Below are positions 9,669-19,261 of a DNA stretch of 64,000 bases, piece after piece. Numbering within the stretch: position 1 is the first letter of the stretch; the number at the start of each line of letters is the position of its first letter. The stretch lies in contig NZ_PZOX01000005.1 in assembly GCF_003044305.1 (NCBI RefSeq), positions 579,493 to 643,492 of the forward strand. The letters run 5' to 3'. This DNA comes from Vitiosangium sp. GDMCC 1.1324 (GTDB lineage Bacteria > Myxococcota > Myxococcia > Myxococcales > Myxococcaceae). The notes below the pieces were generated by a model. The model saw only the letters and a program-made list of their open reading frames with translations, was not told the DNA's origin and did not search any database. Made by a program: the position numbers and the translations under genes.

Positions 9669-12600
9669 TCAGTCCTGCTCATCGGGTTTCGGGGTGGACG
9701 CGGGCGCTGGAGCGGATGTGCCCCCCTTGGGGCGGCGAAGCAACTCATTCTTCACCGCGTTCAGCTCAGCGTTGGCTCGAGCATAGATGTCCTGGACCGT
9801 ATCCGCGCCCTTGCGGGCGGACAGGCGCTTCGAGGCGGCCAGCTCAGCGTCCTGCCCTTCCAGGCGGCGCTTCTGCTCCGCCAGTGCCGCGTCGCGCTCG
9901 GACAGTGTGGCCTGGAGGGTGTCGACCTCCGTTTGCAACCGCTCCACCTCCTCGGACATCTCCAGGATGGCCTCGGAGTCCGAGACCGGCTTGCGCGATT
10001 GGAGATGCTCGACCTTCTCTCGCAGTGCGGCCCGCTCGGTCTCCAGGGCCTTGATGCGGGCGGTCAGCGCCTCGGCCGCCTGGGCCTGCTTCGTCTTCTC
10101 CGCGCGCTCGGCCTCGAGGAACTTCACCGCCTCGGCGGAGGCCGCCTCCAACGCCGTCACCCGGCCCTCCAGCCGGATGCGGGCCGCCCGGGCCACCGTG
10201 AGATCCGAGTTGAGCCGCTCGCGCTCGGAGACGAGCGTCCCCTTCTCCGCCTCGAGCCTCGCGAACTGCTCCTGCACCGCCTGCGTGGAGCTGTCCCGCT
10301 CCCGGACCCGCCGCTCCGCCTCTTCCGCCCGAGCCTCCAGCTCGGCCTGCTTCGCCTGCGTGGAAGCCTCGAGCTCCCGGGCGTGCCGCTCGGCCTCTTC
10401 CGCCTGGGCCTCCAGCTCCACCAGCTTCGCCTGAAGAGAGGCCTCGCGCTCCCGGGCCTGTTGCTCGGCCTCCTGCGCCTGGGTCTCCCGCTCCGACAGC
10501 TTCGCCTGAAGGGAGGCCTCGCGCTCCTGGGCTTGCTGCTCGGCCTCTTCCGCCTGGGCCTCCAGCTCCGACAGTTTCGTCTGAAGGGAGGCCTCGCGCT
10601 CCCGGGCGTGCCGCTCGGCCTCTTCCGCCTGGGCCTCCAGCCCGGCCTGGCTCGTCTTCGAGGCCTCCAGCTCGGCTCGGACTTCCGCGAGCCGGGACTC
10701 GAGCTCGCCCGCCGAACGCTCCGCCGTGGAGACGCGCTCCCGCTCCGCCTGGTGCTCCTCCCGCGCCTGGATCAGCTCGGCGCGAAGGGTCTCCAGGTCC
10801 TCGTGAGCAGTCTCCAGGCCTGTGCGCGCCTTCTCGAGCTCGGCCCGGGCGGACGCGAGTGCCTCACGCTCCTCCTGGAGGGCGGACTCGAGCGAGGGCG
10901 CCTTGCCCGCGATGCGCCGCGCCGATTCGAGCTGCACGGTGAGCAGCTCCATCTGCTCGTGCTCGGAGGCGAGCCGGGCCTGGGTCTCGGACAGCTCCTT
11001 CTGGAGGTGAGCGAGGTGCTGGTCCCTGTCCCGCAGCGCTCCGTGGGCCTGCTGGAGCGCCATGGAGGCCTGCTGCGCCTGAAAGCGAGCGGCATCCAAC
11101 TGCGCCACCTGGGCCCGCAGCGCCTCCAGCTCCTGGTCCTTCTTCCCGAGGTCCTCCCGGAGCCCCTCCAACTCGACCCGGGCCTCCACCGCGTCGCGCT
11201 TGCGAGCCTCGCGCTCGGCGGCACTGGACTCCTCGCGTGCCCGGGCCTCCGCGAGCCGGGCCTCGGTCTGCTCCACCTGCTCCCGCAGGGCCGTCTCGCG
11301 GGCCTGGGCATTGGCGGTCACCTCGGAGGACGTGCCGCGCTCCCACTCCAGGTTCGCCCGGAGCTCCTCGACGAGTCGCTTCTGCTCCGCCAGGGACTCG
11401 CCCAGCGCTGTCCCCTCTCGGCGGGCCGACTCCAGCTCCGTGCGCAGGGCCGAGGACTCCTCACGGGCCGCCTCCAGCGCCGAGAGCCGGGTCCGCTCGC
11501 GCTCGTCCGCGCCCGCCTGGGCGGACTCCAGATCGGCGCGCGCCTCGGCCAGGGACTGCTCCAGGGCCACACGTCCGGAGTGCTCGGACTCCAGCTCCCG
11601 CTGCGTCTCGGTGAGGGTGGACTCCGCCTCGGCCAGCGACGCCGCCAGCGCCGAGCGCTCCTGCCGCGTCTCCTCCAGCGCCGAGCGCAGCTCCTCGAGC
11701 CCGCGTTCCGCCTCGGCGCGCGCCTGCTGCTCGGCGTCGAGCCCGGCACGCACCTGGGACAGCAAGGCATCCGCGCTCTGGCTCTCCGCCGCGAACGAGG
11801 CCTCGGTCTCGGCCCGCTGCCGCCGCTCCGTATCGAGCTCTGCCCGGACGAGCGCCAAAGACTCCTCGGAACGCGTCCTGCTCTCGCGCTCCGCCTCCAG
11901 CTCATCTCGAACAGCCGCGAGCGACTCCTCGGAACGCGTCCTGCTCTCGCGCTCCGCCTCCAGCTCATCTCGAACAGCCGCGAGCGACTCCTCGGAACGC
12001 GTCCTACCCTCGCGCTCCGCTTCCAGCTCGTCTCGAACAGCCGCGAGCGACTCCTCGGAACGCGTCCTGCCCTCGCGCTCCGCCTCCAGCTCGTCTCGAA
12101 CAGCCGCGAGCGACTCCTCTGCCTCGGTGCGCTGCCGCCGCTCGGTATCGAGCTCGGTGCGCACCTGGACGAAGGACTCCTCCGAGGCCCCATGCGCCTG
12201 CCGTGCGGACTCCAGCGCGGACTCGAGCTGGGTGATCCGCTGCCGCTCGGCCTCGAGCGCCGCCCGGGCCCGCGTGAGGAGCTCGTCCGCCAGGGTCCGC
12301 TGCTGACGCTCCTCCTCGAGCTCGGAGCGGGTGCGAGCCCCCTCCTCGTTCGACTCGATGCGCAGCTGCCGCTCGGCCTCGAGCCCGGCACGGGTCCGCG
12401 AGAGCGAGTCCCGGGCCTCCTCCAGGAGCTGCCGCTCCGCCTCGAGCTCCGCCTGAGCCCGCGACACGGCCTCCTCCAGCCGCGCCCTGCCCTGCCGTTC
12501 GAGTTCGAGCTCGGCCAGGGCCTGCTCGCGCTCCTCGTCGGCCTTCGCCCGGGCCTGCTGCTCGGCCGCGATGGAGCCCTGGGTCGCCTTGAGTGCCGCA

Positions 12601-14633
12601 TCGAGCCGGGAGATGGAGTCCACGTCCGAGGCACGAACCCGCTCCAACTCCGCGAGCATCGCCTCGGCCTCCACCACGCGCCTGCGCAGGGCACCGCGCT
12701 CGTCGGCCCACTGCTGTTGCCGCGCCTCCAGCTCGGCGAGGGCCCGCGCGGCCTCCTCACGCGCACCGGCCTCCACGGCCACCTGGTTCTCGAGCCCCTC
12801 GGCGCGGCGCTCCTGGGCTTCCCGCGCGGCCAGCTCCCGAGCGGCCTCGGCCTCGGCCTTCTCCGCCCTCGCCCGCTCCACCGCGACCGCCTGCGCGAGC
12901 CGTTCCTCGGCGCGCCGACGTTCCTCGTCGATGGACTCCTCCAGCTCCACGGCGGCGCGGACCCGCTCCTCGTCCAGCGAGGCCAGACGCCCCTGGAGCT
13001 CGTGCACGGTCTGCTCGAGCTGGGCCGCGGCCGCCCGGACATTCGCCTCGGCGCGCGAGCGGGCTTCCACCTCGGCCGAGAGCTGCTCCACGCTGGCGCG
13101 CGCCGCGGTGAGCTCCGTGTCCAGTCCACGCCACTCGGCCTCGCGAGCGGTGAGCCGCAGCTCCGCGTCCCGCCGGCCCGCCTCCGCGGCCGACACACGG
13201 CGGGCGCTGTCCTCCAGCTCGCGAGACATGCGCGCCAGGTCCGCGTCCTGCAGGCGCAGGGACTTCTCCGCCGCCTCGCGCGCCGCGTCGGCCCGGGCCA
13301 CGTCCGACTTGAGCAGCTCCACCGCGGCGAGCGCCGTCGAGTACTGCTCGGCGATGCGCAGCTCCCGCTCGCGGGCCGCCTCCACCTGCCGCCGCAGATC
13401 GTCGGACTGCTCGCGGGCGCGCTCCGCCGAGAGCCTGTCCTTCTCGCGCTCGACGCGCAGGCCGGCCAGCTCGTCCTGCAGCTCGCGCAGCTGGGTGTAT
13501 GTCTGGGTGAGACGCTCGCGCGACTCCTCGAGGGTGGTGTTCAGCTCCTCGCGGCGGGCGCGCTCCAGCCGAACCGCCTCCTGGGCGCCCAGGGCCTGGA
13601 CATCGGCCTCCTTCCGGGCGCGCTCGGCAGCCTCCAGCTCCAGCCGCTGCTGGGTGAGGCGCCGGTCCGCGTCCGTCACGCGCTCCAGGGCCACCTGCAA
13701 TTCCAGCTCGGTGCGGCGCAGCCGAGAGGACAGCTCATCGCGCTCGCGGGTGGACTCGGGGGTGCCGCGCGCCTGCTCCAGTTGCGCGGTGAGCCGGGCC
13801 ACGTCGTCGCGGGCGATCTCCAGCGAGGGCTTGAGCTGGGCCAGCTCGGTCTCGCGGTCGGTCAGCTCCGCGCGCAGCCGGGTGAGGGACTCCTTGAGAC
13901 GGCCGGTGCGCTCCTCCCAGCCCTTGGCGCGCTGGACCACCTCGTCCAGCTTGCCGCGGGTGAAGGCGAGCGGCTCGGGAGGAAGCTGGACCCAGGTGGG
14001 GTCCACGATGCGAGCCGGCTCCAGGCTGGCCACCACCACGAAGTAGGCCGCCTCGCTGCCGCGGATGAGGGTGCCGTCCACCTGGAGCCCATCGCCCTTC
14101 TCGAAGGCGAGCTGGTAGCCCAGCACCGGGGACTGGGTGGCCACCTCCACGTGGGGGAAGTGCGGCGAGAGCGCGTCGAGCAACTGCCCATACGTGGGCG
14201 GCACGCCCTCCTCCACATCCATGAGCTGCCAGAGGGCCAGGCCCGCCGCGTTGCGCAGGCCGCCGATGAGGTAGCCCTGACGGCTCACGAGCCGGGCCAG
14301 CTCGGCGAACAGCGCGGGGGCGCGCACATAGGGGGCCAGGTCGGCCACCAGGACCAGATCGAAGCTGCCGGGCTCGAGGTCGTCGTAGACGTTGGCGCGG
14401 TAGCGCAGCGTGGCGCTGCCGTGGGCCTTCTGGGCCGACTCGACCGCCTTCAGGTCCGCGTCACAGGCCACGACGGTGCGGGCGCCGCGCTCCAGGAGGA
14501 AGCGCGCGCTCTCGCCGCCGGTGGTGGCGACCGCGTCCACCTCCAGCACACGACGGCGTGCGAAGAGGCTCTCCGCGAAGATGTACCGGGGCAACAGCTC
14601 GCTGGTCCCCAGGCGGCGGAATGTGGGATGCAT
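9669..14633 (-). CDS. giant coiled-coil protein (~1655 aa) with N-terminal SAM-methyltransferase-like domain
   Basis: ORF 9669..14729. ATG at 14633 (MHPTFRRLGTSELL...) is preferred over the TTG at 14729. N-terminal ~200 aa has a Rossmann/MTase-like fold (VLEVDAVATTGGESARFLLERGARTVVACDADL). The rest is a continuous E/R/A/L-rich heptad coiled coil with in-frame tandem repeats. Confidence 0.8.
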   Translation of the reverse strand: MHPTFRRLGTSELLPRYIFAESLFARRRVLEVDAVATTGGESARFLLERGARTVVACDADLKAVESAQKAHGSATLRYRANVYDDLEPGSFDLVLVADLAPYVRAPALFAELARLVSRQGYLIGGLRNAAGLALWQLMDVEEGVPPTYGQLLDALSPHFPHVEVATQSPVLGYQLAFEKGDGLQVDGTLIRGSEAAYFVVVASLEPARIVDPTWVQLPPEPLAFTRGKLDEVVQRAKGWEERTGRLKESLTRLRAELTDRETELAQLKPSLEIARDDVARLTAQLEQARGTPESTRERDELSSRLRRTELELQVALERVTDADRRLTQQRLELEAAERARKEADVQALGAQEAVRLERARREELNTTLEESRERLTQTYTQLRELQDELAGLRVEREKDRLSAERAREQSDDLRRQVEAARERELRIAEQYSTALAAVELLKSDVARADAAREAAEKSLRLQDADLARMSRELEDSARRVSAAEAGRRDAELRLTAREAEWRGLDTELTAARASVEQLSAEVEARSRAEANVRAAAAQLEQTVHELQGRLASLDEERVRAAVELEESIDEERRRAEERLAQAVAVERARAEKAEAEAARELAAREAQERRAEGLENQVAVEAGAREEAARALAELEARQQQWADERGALRRRVVEAEAMLAELERVRASDVDSISRLDAALKATQGSIAAEQQARAKADEEREQALAELELERQGRARLEEAVSRAQAELEAERQLLEEARDSLSRTRAGLEAERQLRIESNEEGARTRSELEEERQQRTLADELLTRARAALEAERQRITQLESALESARQAHGASEESFVQVRTELDTERRQRTEAEESLAAVRDELEAEREGRTRSEESLAAVRDELEAEREGRTRSEESLAAVRDELEAERESRTRSEESLAAVRDELEAERESRTRSEESLALVRAELDTERRQRAETEASFAAESQSADALLSQVRAGLDAEQQARAEAERGLEELRSALEETRQERSALAASLAEAESTLTETQRELESEHSGRVALEQSLAEARADLESAQAGADERERTRLSALEAAREESSALRTELESARREGTALGESLAEQKRLVEELRANLEWERGTSSEVTANAQARETALREQVEQTEARLAEARAREESSAAEREARKRDAVEARVELEGLREDLGKKDQELEALRAQVAQLDAARFQAQQASMALQQAHGALRDRDQHLAHLQKELSETQARLASEHEQMELLTVQLESARRIAGKAPSLESALQEEREALASARAELEKARTGLETAHEDLETLRAELIQAREEHQAERERVSTAERSAGELESRLAEVRAELEASKTSQAGLEAQAEEAERHAREREASLQTKLSELEAQAEEAEQQAQEREASLQAKLSERETQAQEAEQQAREREASLQAKLVELEAQAEEAERHARELEASTQAKQAELEARAEEAERRVRERDSSTQAVQEQFARLEAEKGTLVSERERLNSDLTVARAARIRLEGRVTALEAASAEAVKFLEAERAEKTKQAQAAEALTARIKALETERAALREKVEHLQSRKPVSDSEAILEMSEEVERLQTEVDTLQATLSERDAALAEQKRRLEGQDAELAASKRLSARKGADTVQDIYARANAELNAVKNELLRRPKGGTSAPAPASTPKPDEQD
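10360..10640. repeat. ~66-bp in-frame tandem repeats (4 copies) inside the coiled-coil gene
   Basis: Repeating cgcctgaag(g/a)gaggcctcgcgctcc(c/t)gggc...ctcggcctc(t/c)t(c/g)cgcctgggcctccagctc units encode EAQAEEAE(R/Q)HAREREASLQAKL x4. Confidence 0.8.
11860..12120. repeat. ~63-bp in-frame tandem repeats (4-5 copies) inside the coiled-coil gene
   Basis: The unit ctcctcggaacgcgtcctgctctcgcgctccgcctccagctcatctcgaacagccgcgagcgact repeats, encoding EESLAAVRDELEAEREGRTRS x5 with minor variants. Confidence 0.85.
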
Positions 14634-14734
14634 GAAGTCGGACGGCCGAGTATAGCCCCGGGAACGGTTGTCCCAAGGAAAGCGCCGAGGCCGGGAAATC
14701 GCCTCGCCGCCCGGACGTCTGGGGAGCAAGCGAC

Positions 14735-15613
14735 ATGAATCCCATGATGAACCCGCAACAGAACCGGCCCAGCTTCGGACGCCGGGCCACGAGCGCCTTC
14801 ACGAGGCTCTTCGTCACCCTTCTCATCCTCAGCCTGGGCGGGCTGGTGGCCTTCCTCCTATCGGAACGGAACGCCCGGACCTTCACCCTGGCCCTGGAGA
14901 ACGGGCAACTGGTGGTGATGAAGGGGCGGATGCTGCCCATGGGGGCGGTGCCCTACCAGCCCGGGGACGGGCGGCTGGCGGACGCCTATGCCCCCCTCTC
15001 CGTCGAGGGCCGGGACGTCTCATTCCTGATGGAGCGGCCCTTCCGGGAGCGGGAGGAGCTGGACCGGGCGCTCTTTCCGGTGCTGGAGGGGCTCGCCCAG
15101 CCGAAGGTGCAGTCGGACGACCCGGAGCTGCTGGCGAAGGGCCTCTACTACCTGCGGCGCGCGGAGCTCCTCTCCGGACTGACGGAGGAGCAGCGACGCA
15201 CGCTGGAGACGATGAAGGCGGATGTGTCCTTCTTCCAGGCGAGGCAGCAGTTGGAGGAGGCGCGGCGGAACGTGACGGAGGCGCTGACGCAGCTGAAGCT
15301 GGCGGCGGAGAGCCGGAACCGGAACACGCAGCGGGCCAACCAGATGCTCAGCACGGTGGGCCCGGCGGCGCAGGCGCTGGAGAAGGCGCTGCGAGCCGTG
15401 GATGCCAGCCTGCTCGAGCCCGGCGGTGCCTCGACGCCGGCCGAGACGCCCATTCCCCCGCCGGCCGCACCACAGCAGACGCCCGGAGCCACGACGCCCG
15501 GGGCCACGGCGCCGGCGGCACCGGAGCAGAAACCGGGGGTGCGAACCACGGACAGTGAAACGCAGCAGCACCCCGCCGGGACGGAGCAACCCGGGACGGG
15601 CACGGCGCGCTGA
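14735..15613 (+). CDS. hypothetical membrane-anchored protein with Pro/Thr/Ala-rich C-terminus
   Basis: 292-aa ORF divergent from the coiled-coil gene. N-terminal TM helix ([21 protein letters not shown]); low-complexity [22 protein letters not shown] tail. Confidence 0.6.
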   Translation: MNPMMNPQQNRPSFGRRATSAFTRLFVTLLILSLGGLVAFLLSERNARTFTLALENGQLVVMKGRMLPMGAVPYQPGDGRLADAYAPLSVEGRDVSFLMERPFREREELDRALFPVLEGLAQPKVQSDDPELLAKGLYYLRRAELLSGLTEEQRRTLETMKADVSFFQARQQLEEARRNVTEALTQLKLAAESRNRNTQRANQMLSTVGPAAQALEKALRAVDASLLEPGGASTPAETPIPPPAAPQQTPGATTPGATAPAAPEQKPGVRTTDSETQQHPAGTEQPGTGTAR

Positions 15614-15662
15614 CTCCGCGCCCGCGTGCGGTATACGTGGGGCCTCACGAGGAGACGACCCC

Positions 15663-16211
15663 ATGTCGATGACCCCGGTTCCCCCCGAGATGAAGAGACT
15701 CGTGCCGTTCGAGATGGCCCTGCGCGAGGCCGGCATGAGCTACCCCGAGGTGACCGAGGACTTCCCGTGGGGGCACCGGACGCTCAAGGTGAAGGGCAAG
15801 GCCTTCATCTTCATGGGGCTGAGCACCGAGGGCTTCTCGCTATCCGTGAAGCTGCCGGAGTCGAACGGCGCGGCCCTGATGCTGCCGTTCGTGCAGCCGA
15901 CGGGGTACGGCCTGGGCAAGAGTGGCTGGGTCTCCGCCAACTTCGGCGCGCGAGACACGCCCCCGCTCGACATGCTGCGCAAGTGGCTCGACGAGAGCTA
16001 CCGCGCGGTGGCCCCCAAGAAGCTCGTGGCGCAACTCGGCGGCACCACGGCGCCGAAGACGGATAAGCCGGAGGCTGCGCCCGCCAGGACCCGGAGCGCA
16101 CCGGCGCGGAAGTCCGCACCGGCCGCGGCGAAGAAGCCCGCCGCGAAGAAGGCCACCCCGAAGAAAACGGTGGCAAAGAAGACGGCCGGTGCGAGGGCCC
16201 GGCGCGCCTGA
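15663..16211 (+). CDS. MmcQ/YjbR-family DNA-binding protein with histone-H1-like Lys/Ala/Pro-rich tail
   Basis: ATG at 15663 ([13 protein letters not shown]...) within ORF 15402..16211. The ...[18 protein letters not shown]... core matches the MmcQ/YjbR family. The C-terminal [18 protein letters not shown] tail is H1-like. Confidence 0.7.
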   Translation: MSMTPVPPEMKRLVPFEMALREAGMSYPEVTEDFPWGHRTLKVKGKAFIFMGLSTEGFSLSVKLPESNGAALMLPFVQPTGYGLGKSGWVSANFGARDTPPLDMLRKWLDESYRAVAPKKLVAQLGGTTAPKTDKPEAAPARTRSAPARKSAPAAAKKPAAKKATPKKTVAKKTAGARARRA

Positions 16212-16227
16212 GGCTCGAAGTGGCGCT

Positions 16228-16249
16228 CACTCGGAGTCGCCTCCGAGTG
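16228..16249. terminator. candidate bidirectional terminator hairpin between convergent genes
   Basis: Perfect 9-bp inverted repeat cactcggag-tcgc-ctccgagtg between the MmcQ-like gene (+) and hpt (-). Confidence 0.4.
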
Positions 16250-16278
16250 AAGCGTGCTTCTGGAGAGAGCGCGAGGGA

Positions 16279-16812
16279 CTACTTCCCCTTCATCACGCCG
16301 ATGAAGGACAGGTTGCGGTAGCGCTCGGCGTAGTCGAGCCCATAGCCCACGACAAAGACGTCGTCGATGACGAAGCCCTTGTAGTCGATGGGAATCTGAG
16401 TGCGAGCGCGCGCCGGCTTCTCCAAGAGGGAGCAGACCTTGAGGGACGCTGGGTGGCGGGCCCGCAGGTTCTCCAGCAGGAAGCTCATGGTGAGCCCGGT
16501 GTCGATGATGTCCTCGATGACGAGCAGGTGCTTGCCCGCCATGGGCTTGCTCACGTCGGTGGTGATGCGCACCTCGCCCGTCGTCTCGGTGCCGCCCTGG
16601 TACGAGGACACTCCGAGGAACTCGATCGTCAGCGGCAGATCCACGTAGCGCGCCAGGTCCATGGCGAAGAATGCCGAGCCCTTCAGCACGATGACGAGCG
16701 TCAGCTCCTTGCCCTGGTAGTCACGGGTGATTTGAGCGCCCAGCTCGCGCACGCGCGCCTGGAGCTTCTGCTCATCGATGTGGATGCCGACGTCCTGCTC
16801 GTAGAAAGCCAC
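16279..16812 (-). CDS. hpt: hypoxanthine phosphoribosyltransferase
   Basis: 177 aa; LLVIEDIIDTGLTMSF is the PRPP-binding motif of HGPRT. GTG start at 16812, preceded by a gaggtagga RBS-like sequence. Confidence 0.9.
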   Translation of the reverse strand: MAFYEQDVGIHIDEQKLQARVRELGAQITRDYQGKELTLVIVLKGSAFFAMDLARYVDLPLTIEFLGVSSYQGGTETTGEVRITTDVSKPMAGKHLLVIEDIIDTGLTMSFLLENLRARHPASLKVCSLLEKPARARTQIPIDYKGFVIDDVFVVGYGLDYAERYRNLSFIGVMKGK

Positions 16813-16822
16813 GGTCCTACCT

Positions 16823-17638
16823 CTACACGTACGCGTTGTTCATGATCTCCCCGAAGCCGCCGCCACCGGGGACGATGTACTGCCGGTCATCCAGCCCCCG
16901 CTCCTTCTCCCACAGCTCGCCGGGCACCGTGCCGAACACCTCCGGCGGTGACAGCCCGCGGTCCAGACGCAGCGCGTACACCACCACATCCGGATGCTCG
17001 CGGGAAATCCTCCGCAGGAACTCGGGGGTGACGATCAGGTTGAGGCTGAGGATGCGCCGGGGAGTGCCGGGCACCTTCTCCTTGTACATGGACACCGCTG
17101 TGCACAGGCTGCCGCCGGTGGCGCCCATGGGGTCCGGGAAGAGGACGATGGCATCGTCGATGTCCCCGCCGATCTTCGCCCCGCCGATGTTCGACCCGAC
17201 CACCGTCTCCTTGGCGTCGATCATCCGGCTCATGATGATGTGGTCCTGGCGCACCAGCGCCGGGTCCACCGTGGTGTTGAGCAGATCGTACGTCACCTGC
17301 GAGGGCAGCGTGCCGGCGCGGGCGATGTTCACCGTCACCGCGCGCACGTCCGGGTCGATGACCTCGCCCTGGTACATGCCCTGAGGCGTGTGATCGATCA
17401 TCCGCGTGGGCAGGGCCACCATCTTGCGCGGGAACTCGGCGTTGATGACGGTCTTCACCAGGTCCGTGTAGAGCAGCGCCACCAGCCGGTTGATCTCCGG
17501 CTGCACGGTGCCCTTGGCGCACAGCTTCGCCAGTTGCGACAGCAGGAACGGGTTGCCCACCAGGTGCACGTTGGCGCCATACCGGTGGGGCATCTCGCTC
17601 AACTGGAAGGGGACGTTGGCGTAGAGGGTGTCGCGCAT
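16823..17638 (-). CDS. upp: uracil phosphoribosyltransferase-family protein
   Basis: IARAG, DPMGATGGS and YIVPGGGGFGE correspond to the UPRTase ILRAG / DPMLATGGS / YIIPGLGDAGD motifs. It is longer than E. coli Upp (271 vs 208 aa). Confidence 0.8.
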   Translation of the reverse strand: MRDTLYANVPFQLSEMPHRYGANVHLVGNPFLLSQLAKLCAKGTVQPEINRLVALLYTDLVKTVINAEFPRKMVALPTRMIDHTPQGMYQGEVIDPDVRAVTVNIARAGTLPSQVTYDLLNTTVDPALVRQDHIIMSRMIDAKETVVGSNIGGAKIGGDIDDAIVLFPDPMGATGGSLCTAVSMYKEKVPGTPRRILSLNLIVTPEFLRRISREHPDVVVYALRLDRGLSPPEVFGTVPGELWEKERGLDDRQYIVPGGGGFGEIMNNAYV

Positions 17639-17657
17639 GGCGGGGCCTCGGAGGGCT

Positions 17658-18260
17658 TCACAACTTGAACAACTCGAGCGTCTGCGGAGGCGTGGCCTCG
17701 GTGGGCTCGGCGCGGTGGCACTTGCGGCAGCGCGCCTCGTAGGCCCCGGCGGCGCCCACCACCACCCGCTCCCCGCTGTCCACCAGACGCTGCGAGCGGT
17801 TGGCCGGATTTCCGCACACCACGCAGATGGCCAGCTGCTTCGTCACGTACTCGGCGATCGCCAGCAGTTGCGGCATCGGCTCGAAGGGACGTCCCTGGTA
17901 GTCCTGGTCCAGTCCCGCGACGACGACGCGCATCCCCCGGTTGGCCAGTGCTTCACACACCGTCACCACCTCGGCGCCGAAGAACTGCACCTCGTCGATG
18001 CCCACCACCTGGGTACGGGGAGACAGGTGAAGGAAAATTTCTTCAGCCCGTTCGATGGGGATGGAGGTCAATTTCAACTGGGAGTGGCTGACGACCTGGG
18101 TCTCGTCGTAGCGGGTGTCCAGCTTCGGTTTGAAGACCTGGACCACCTGCTTGCCGTACACCGCACGTTTGATGCGGCGGATCAGCTCCTCCGTCTTGCC
18201 GGAGTACATCGAGCCGCAGATGACCTCTATCCACCCGATATCTGTGGGAAATTGATGCAC
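17658..18260 (-). CDS. tdk: thymidine kinase
   Basis: ICGSMYSGKTEELIRR is the Walker A of Tdk; ...VVGIDEVQFF...; C-terminal zinc ribbon CVVCG...CRKCH. The ORF extends to 18329; the GTG at 18260 (VHQFPTDIGW...) gives the canonical length. Confidence 0.85.
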   Translation of the reverse strand: MHQFPTDIGWIEVICGSMYSGKTEELIRRIKRAVYGKQVVQVFKPKLDTRYDETQVVSHSQLKLTSIPIERAEEIFLHLSPRTQVVGIDEVQFFGAEVVTVCEALANRGMRVVVAGLDQDYQGRPFEPMPQLLAIAEYVTKQLAICVVCGNPANRSQRLVDSGERVVVGAAGAYEARCRKCHRAEPTEATPPQTLELFKL

Positions 18261-18432
18261 GAGCAGGACTCGATCGGGGTCTGTGCGGGAGCGCGGGTCT
18301 CCTCTGTCACGCCCCTCCTGGCACGTCAACTTTCAAAATCCCCCCACTTCGCGCGGCGCCCGCCCGCCCTCGCCCTGCCACGTTGGCAAGCATCTTGAAG
18401 AACCCCGCCCGGATTCCAACGGGGAGGTTCGG

Positions 18433-18795
18433 GTGGCGGCGACGACTCAAGAAACGCGTTGGGCAGGTATCGAGGGAGCTTCCTTTCACATCTCTCCCGC
18501 GGCGGTCCTGCTGTTGGTGCTCAACCTGCTGGATGGGCTTTTCACCCTCACCTTTTTACAGCTGGATGCGGCCGAGGAGCTCAATCCGCTGATGCGGCTG
18601 GCCTACGAGCACTCGCCCCTGGCCTTCATGGGCGTGAAGCTCGTCATCGTGAGCCTGGGGCTGACGCTGCTGTGCCTGCACCGCTCCATGCGCCTGAGCC
18701 AGCGGGCGATCCAGGCAGGGGCCGCGCTCTACACCGTCATTGACATCTACCACCTGGCGTTCCTGGCCCACATGTGTCACCGAAGCGTTGGTTGA
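18433..18795 (+). CDS. DUF5658-like small membrane protein
   Basis: GTG at 18433, 6 nt after ggggagg. Two to three TM helices (AAVLLLVLNLLDGLFTLTFL..., GVKLVIVSLGLTLLCL...). The longer ORF from 18283 has an implausible Arg/Pro-rich leader. Confidence 0.55.
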   Translation: MAATTQETRWAGIEGASFHISPAAVLLLVLNLLDGLFTLTFLQLDAAEELNPLMRLAYEHSPLAFMGVKLVIVSLGLTLLCLHRSMRLSQRAIQAGAALYTVIDIYHLAFLAHMCHRSVG

Positions 18796-18885
18796 CGCAC
18801 AACAAGCCCCGACAGACTTGATTTTCCGGGTCGGTCTGTCTCAGTCTGCCTGCTAGCTCGGACCTCAGGGGTCCGGGGGGGGACC

Positions 18886-19194
18886 ATGAACATCACCGAC
18901 GTCAAGGTGTACCCGGTCGACGAGGATAAGCTGAAGGCCTACGTGACCATCACCTTGGACCACTGCTTCGTCATCCGGGATCTCAAGGTAATTCACGGCG
19001 CGTCTGGCCTGTTCATCGCCATGCCGGCCAAGCGCCGGAAGGACGGGACGTACAAGGACATCGCCCATCCGCTCAACGCCGACACGCGCAACCAGATGGA
19101 GCGCACCATCCTGCTGGAGTACGAGCGGCACCAGCACCAGCAGACGGCAAACGGGGGGGCGAGCTCCTTCCTGGTCGCTGCCGAGCACGACTGA
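18886..19194 (+). CDS. spoVG: septation protein SpoVG
   Basis: MNITDVKVYPVDEDKLKAYVTITLDHCFVIRDLKVIHGASGLFIAMPAKRRKDGTYKDIAHP is near-canonical SpoVG. Confidence 0.9.
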   Translation: MNITDVKVYPVDEDKLKAYVTITLDHCFVIRDLKVIHGASGLFIAMPAKRRKDGTYKDIAHPLNADTRNQMERTILLEYERHQHQQTANGGASSFLVAAEHD

Positions 19195-19261
19195 GCACCG
19201 GGTCGGACGGTCCGGTGGAAGGGGCTTCCCTTCCGCCACGGGGCGCGCTAGTAGCGCGCCC

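Noticed and set aside
18319-18335. TGGCACgtcaaCTTTCA as a sigma-54 promoter upstream of the DUF5658 gene
   Set aside because: The -12 GC dinucleotide falls on TT at the required spacing. The match is not acceptable.
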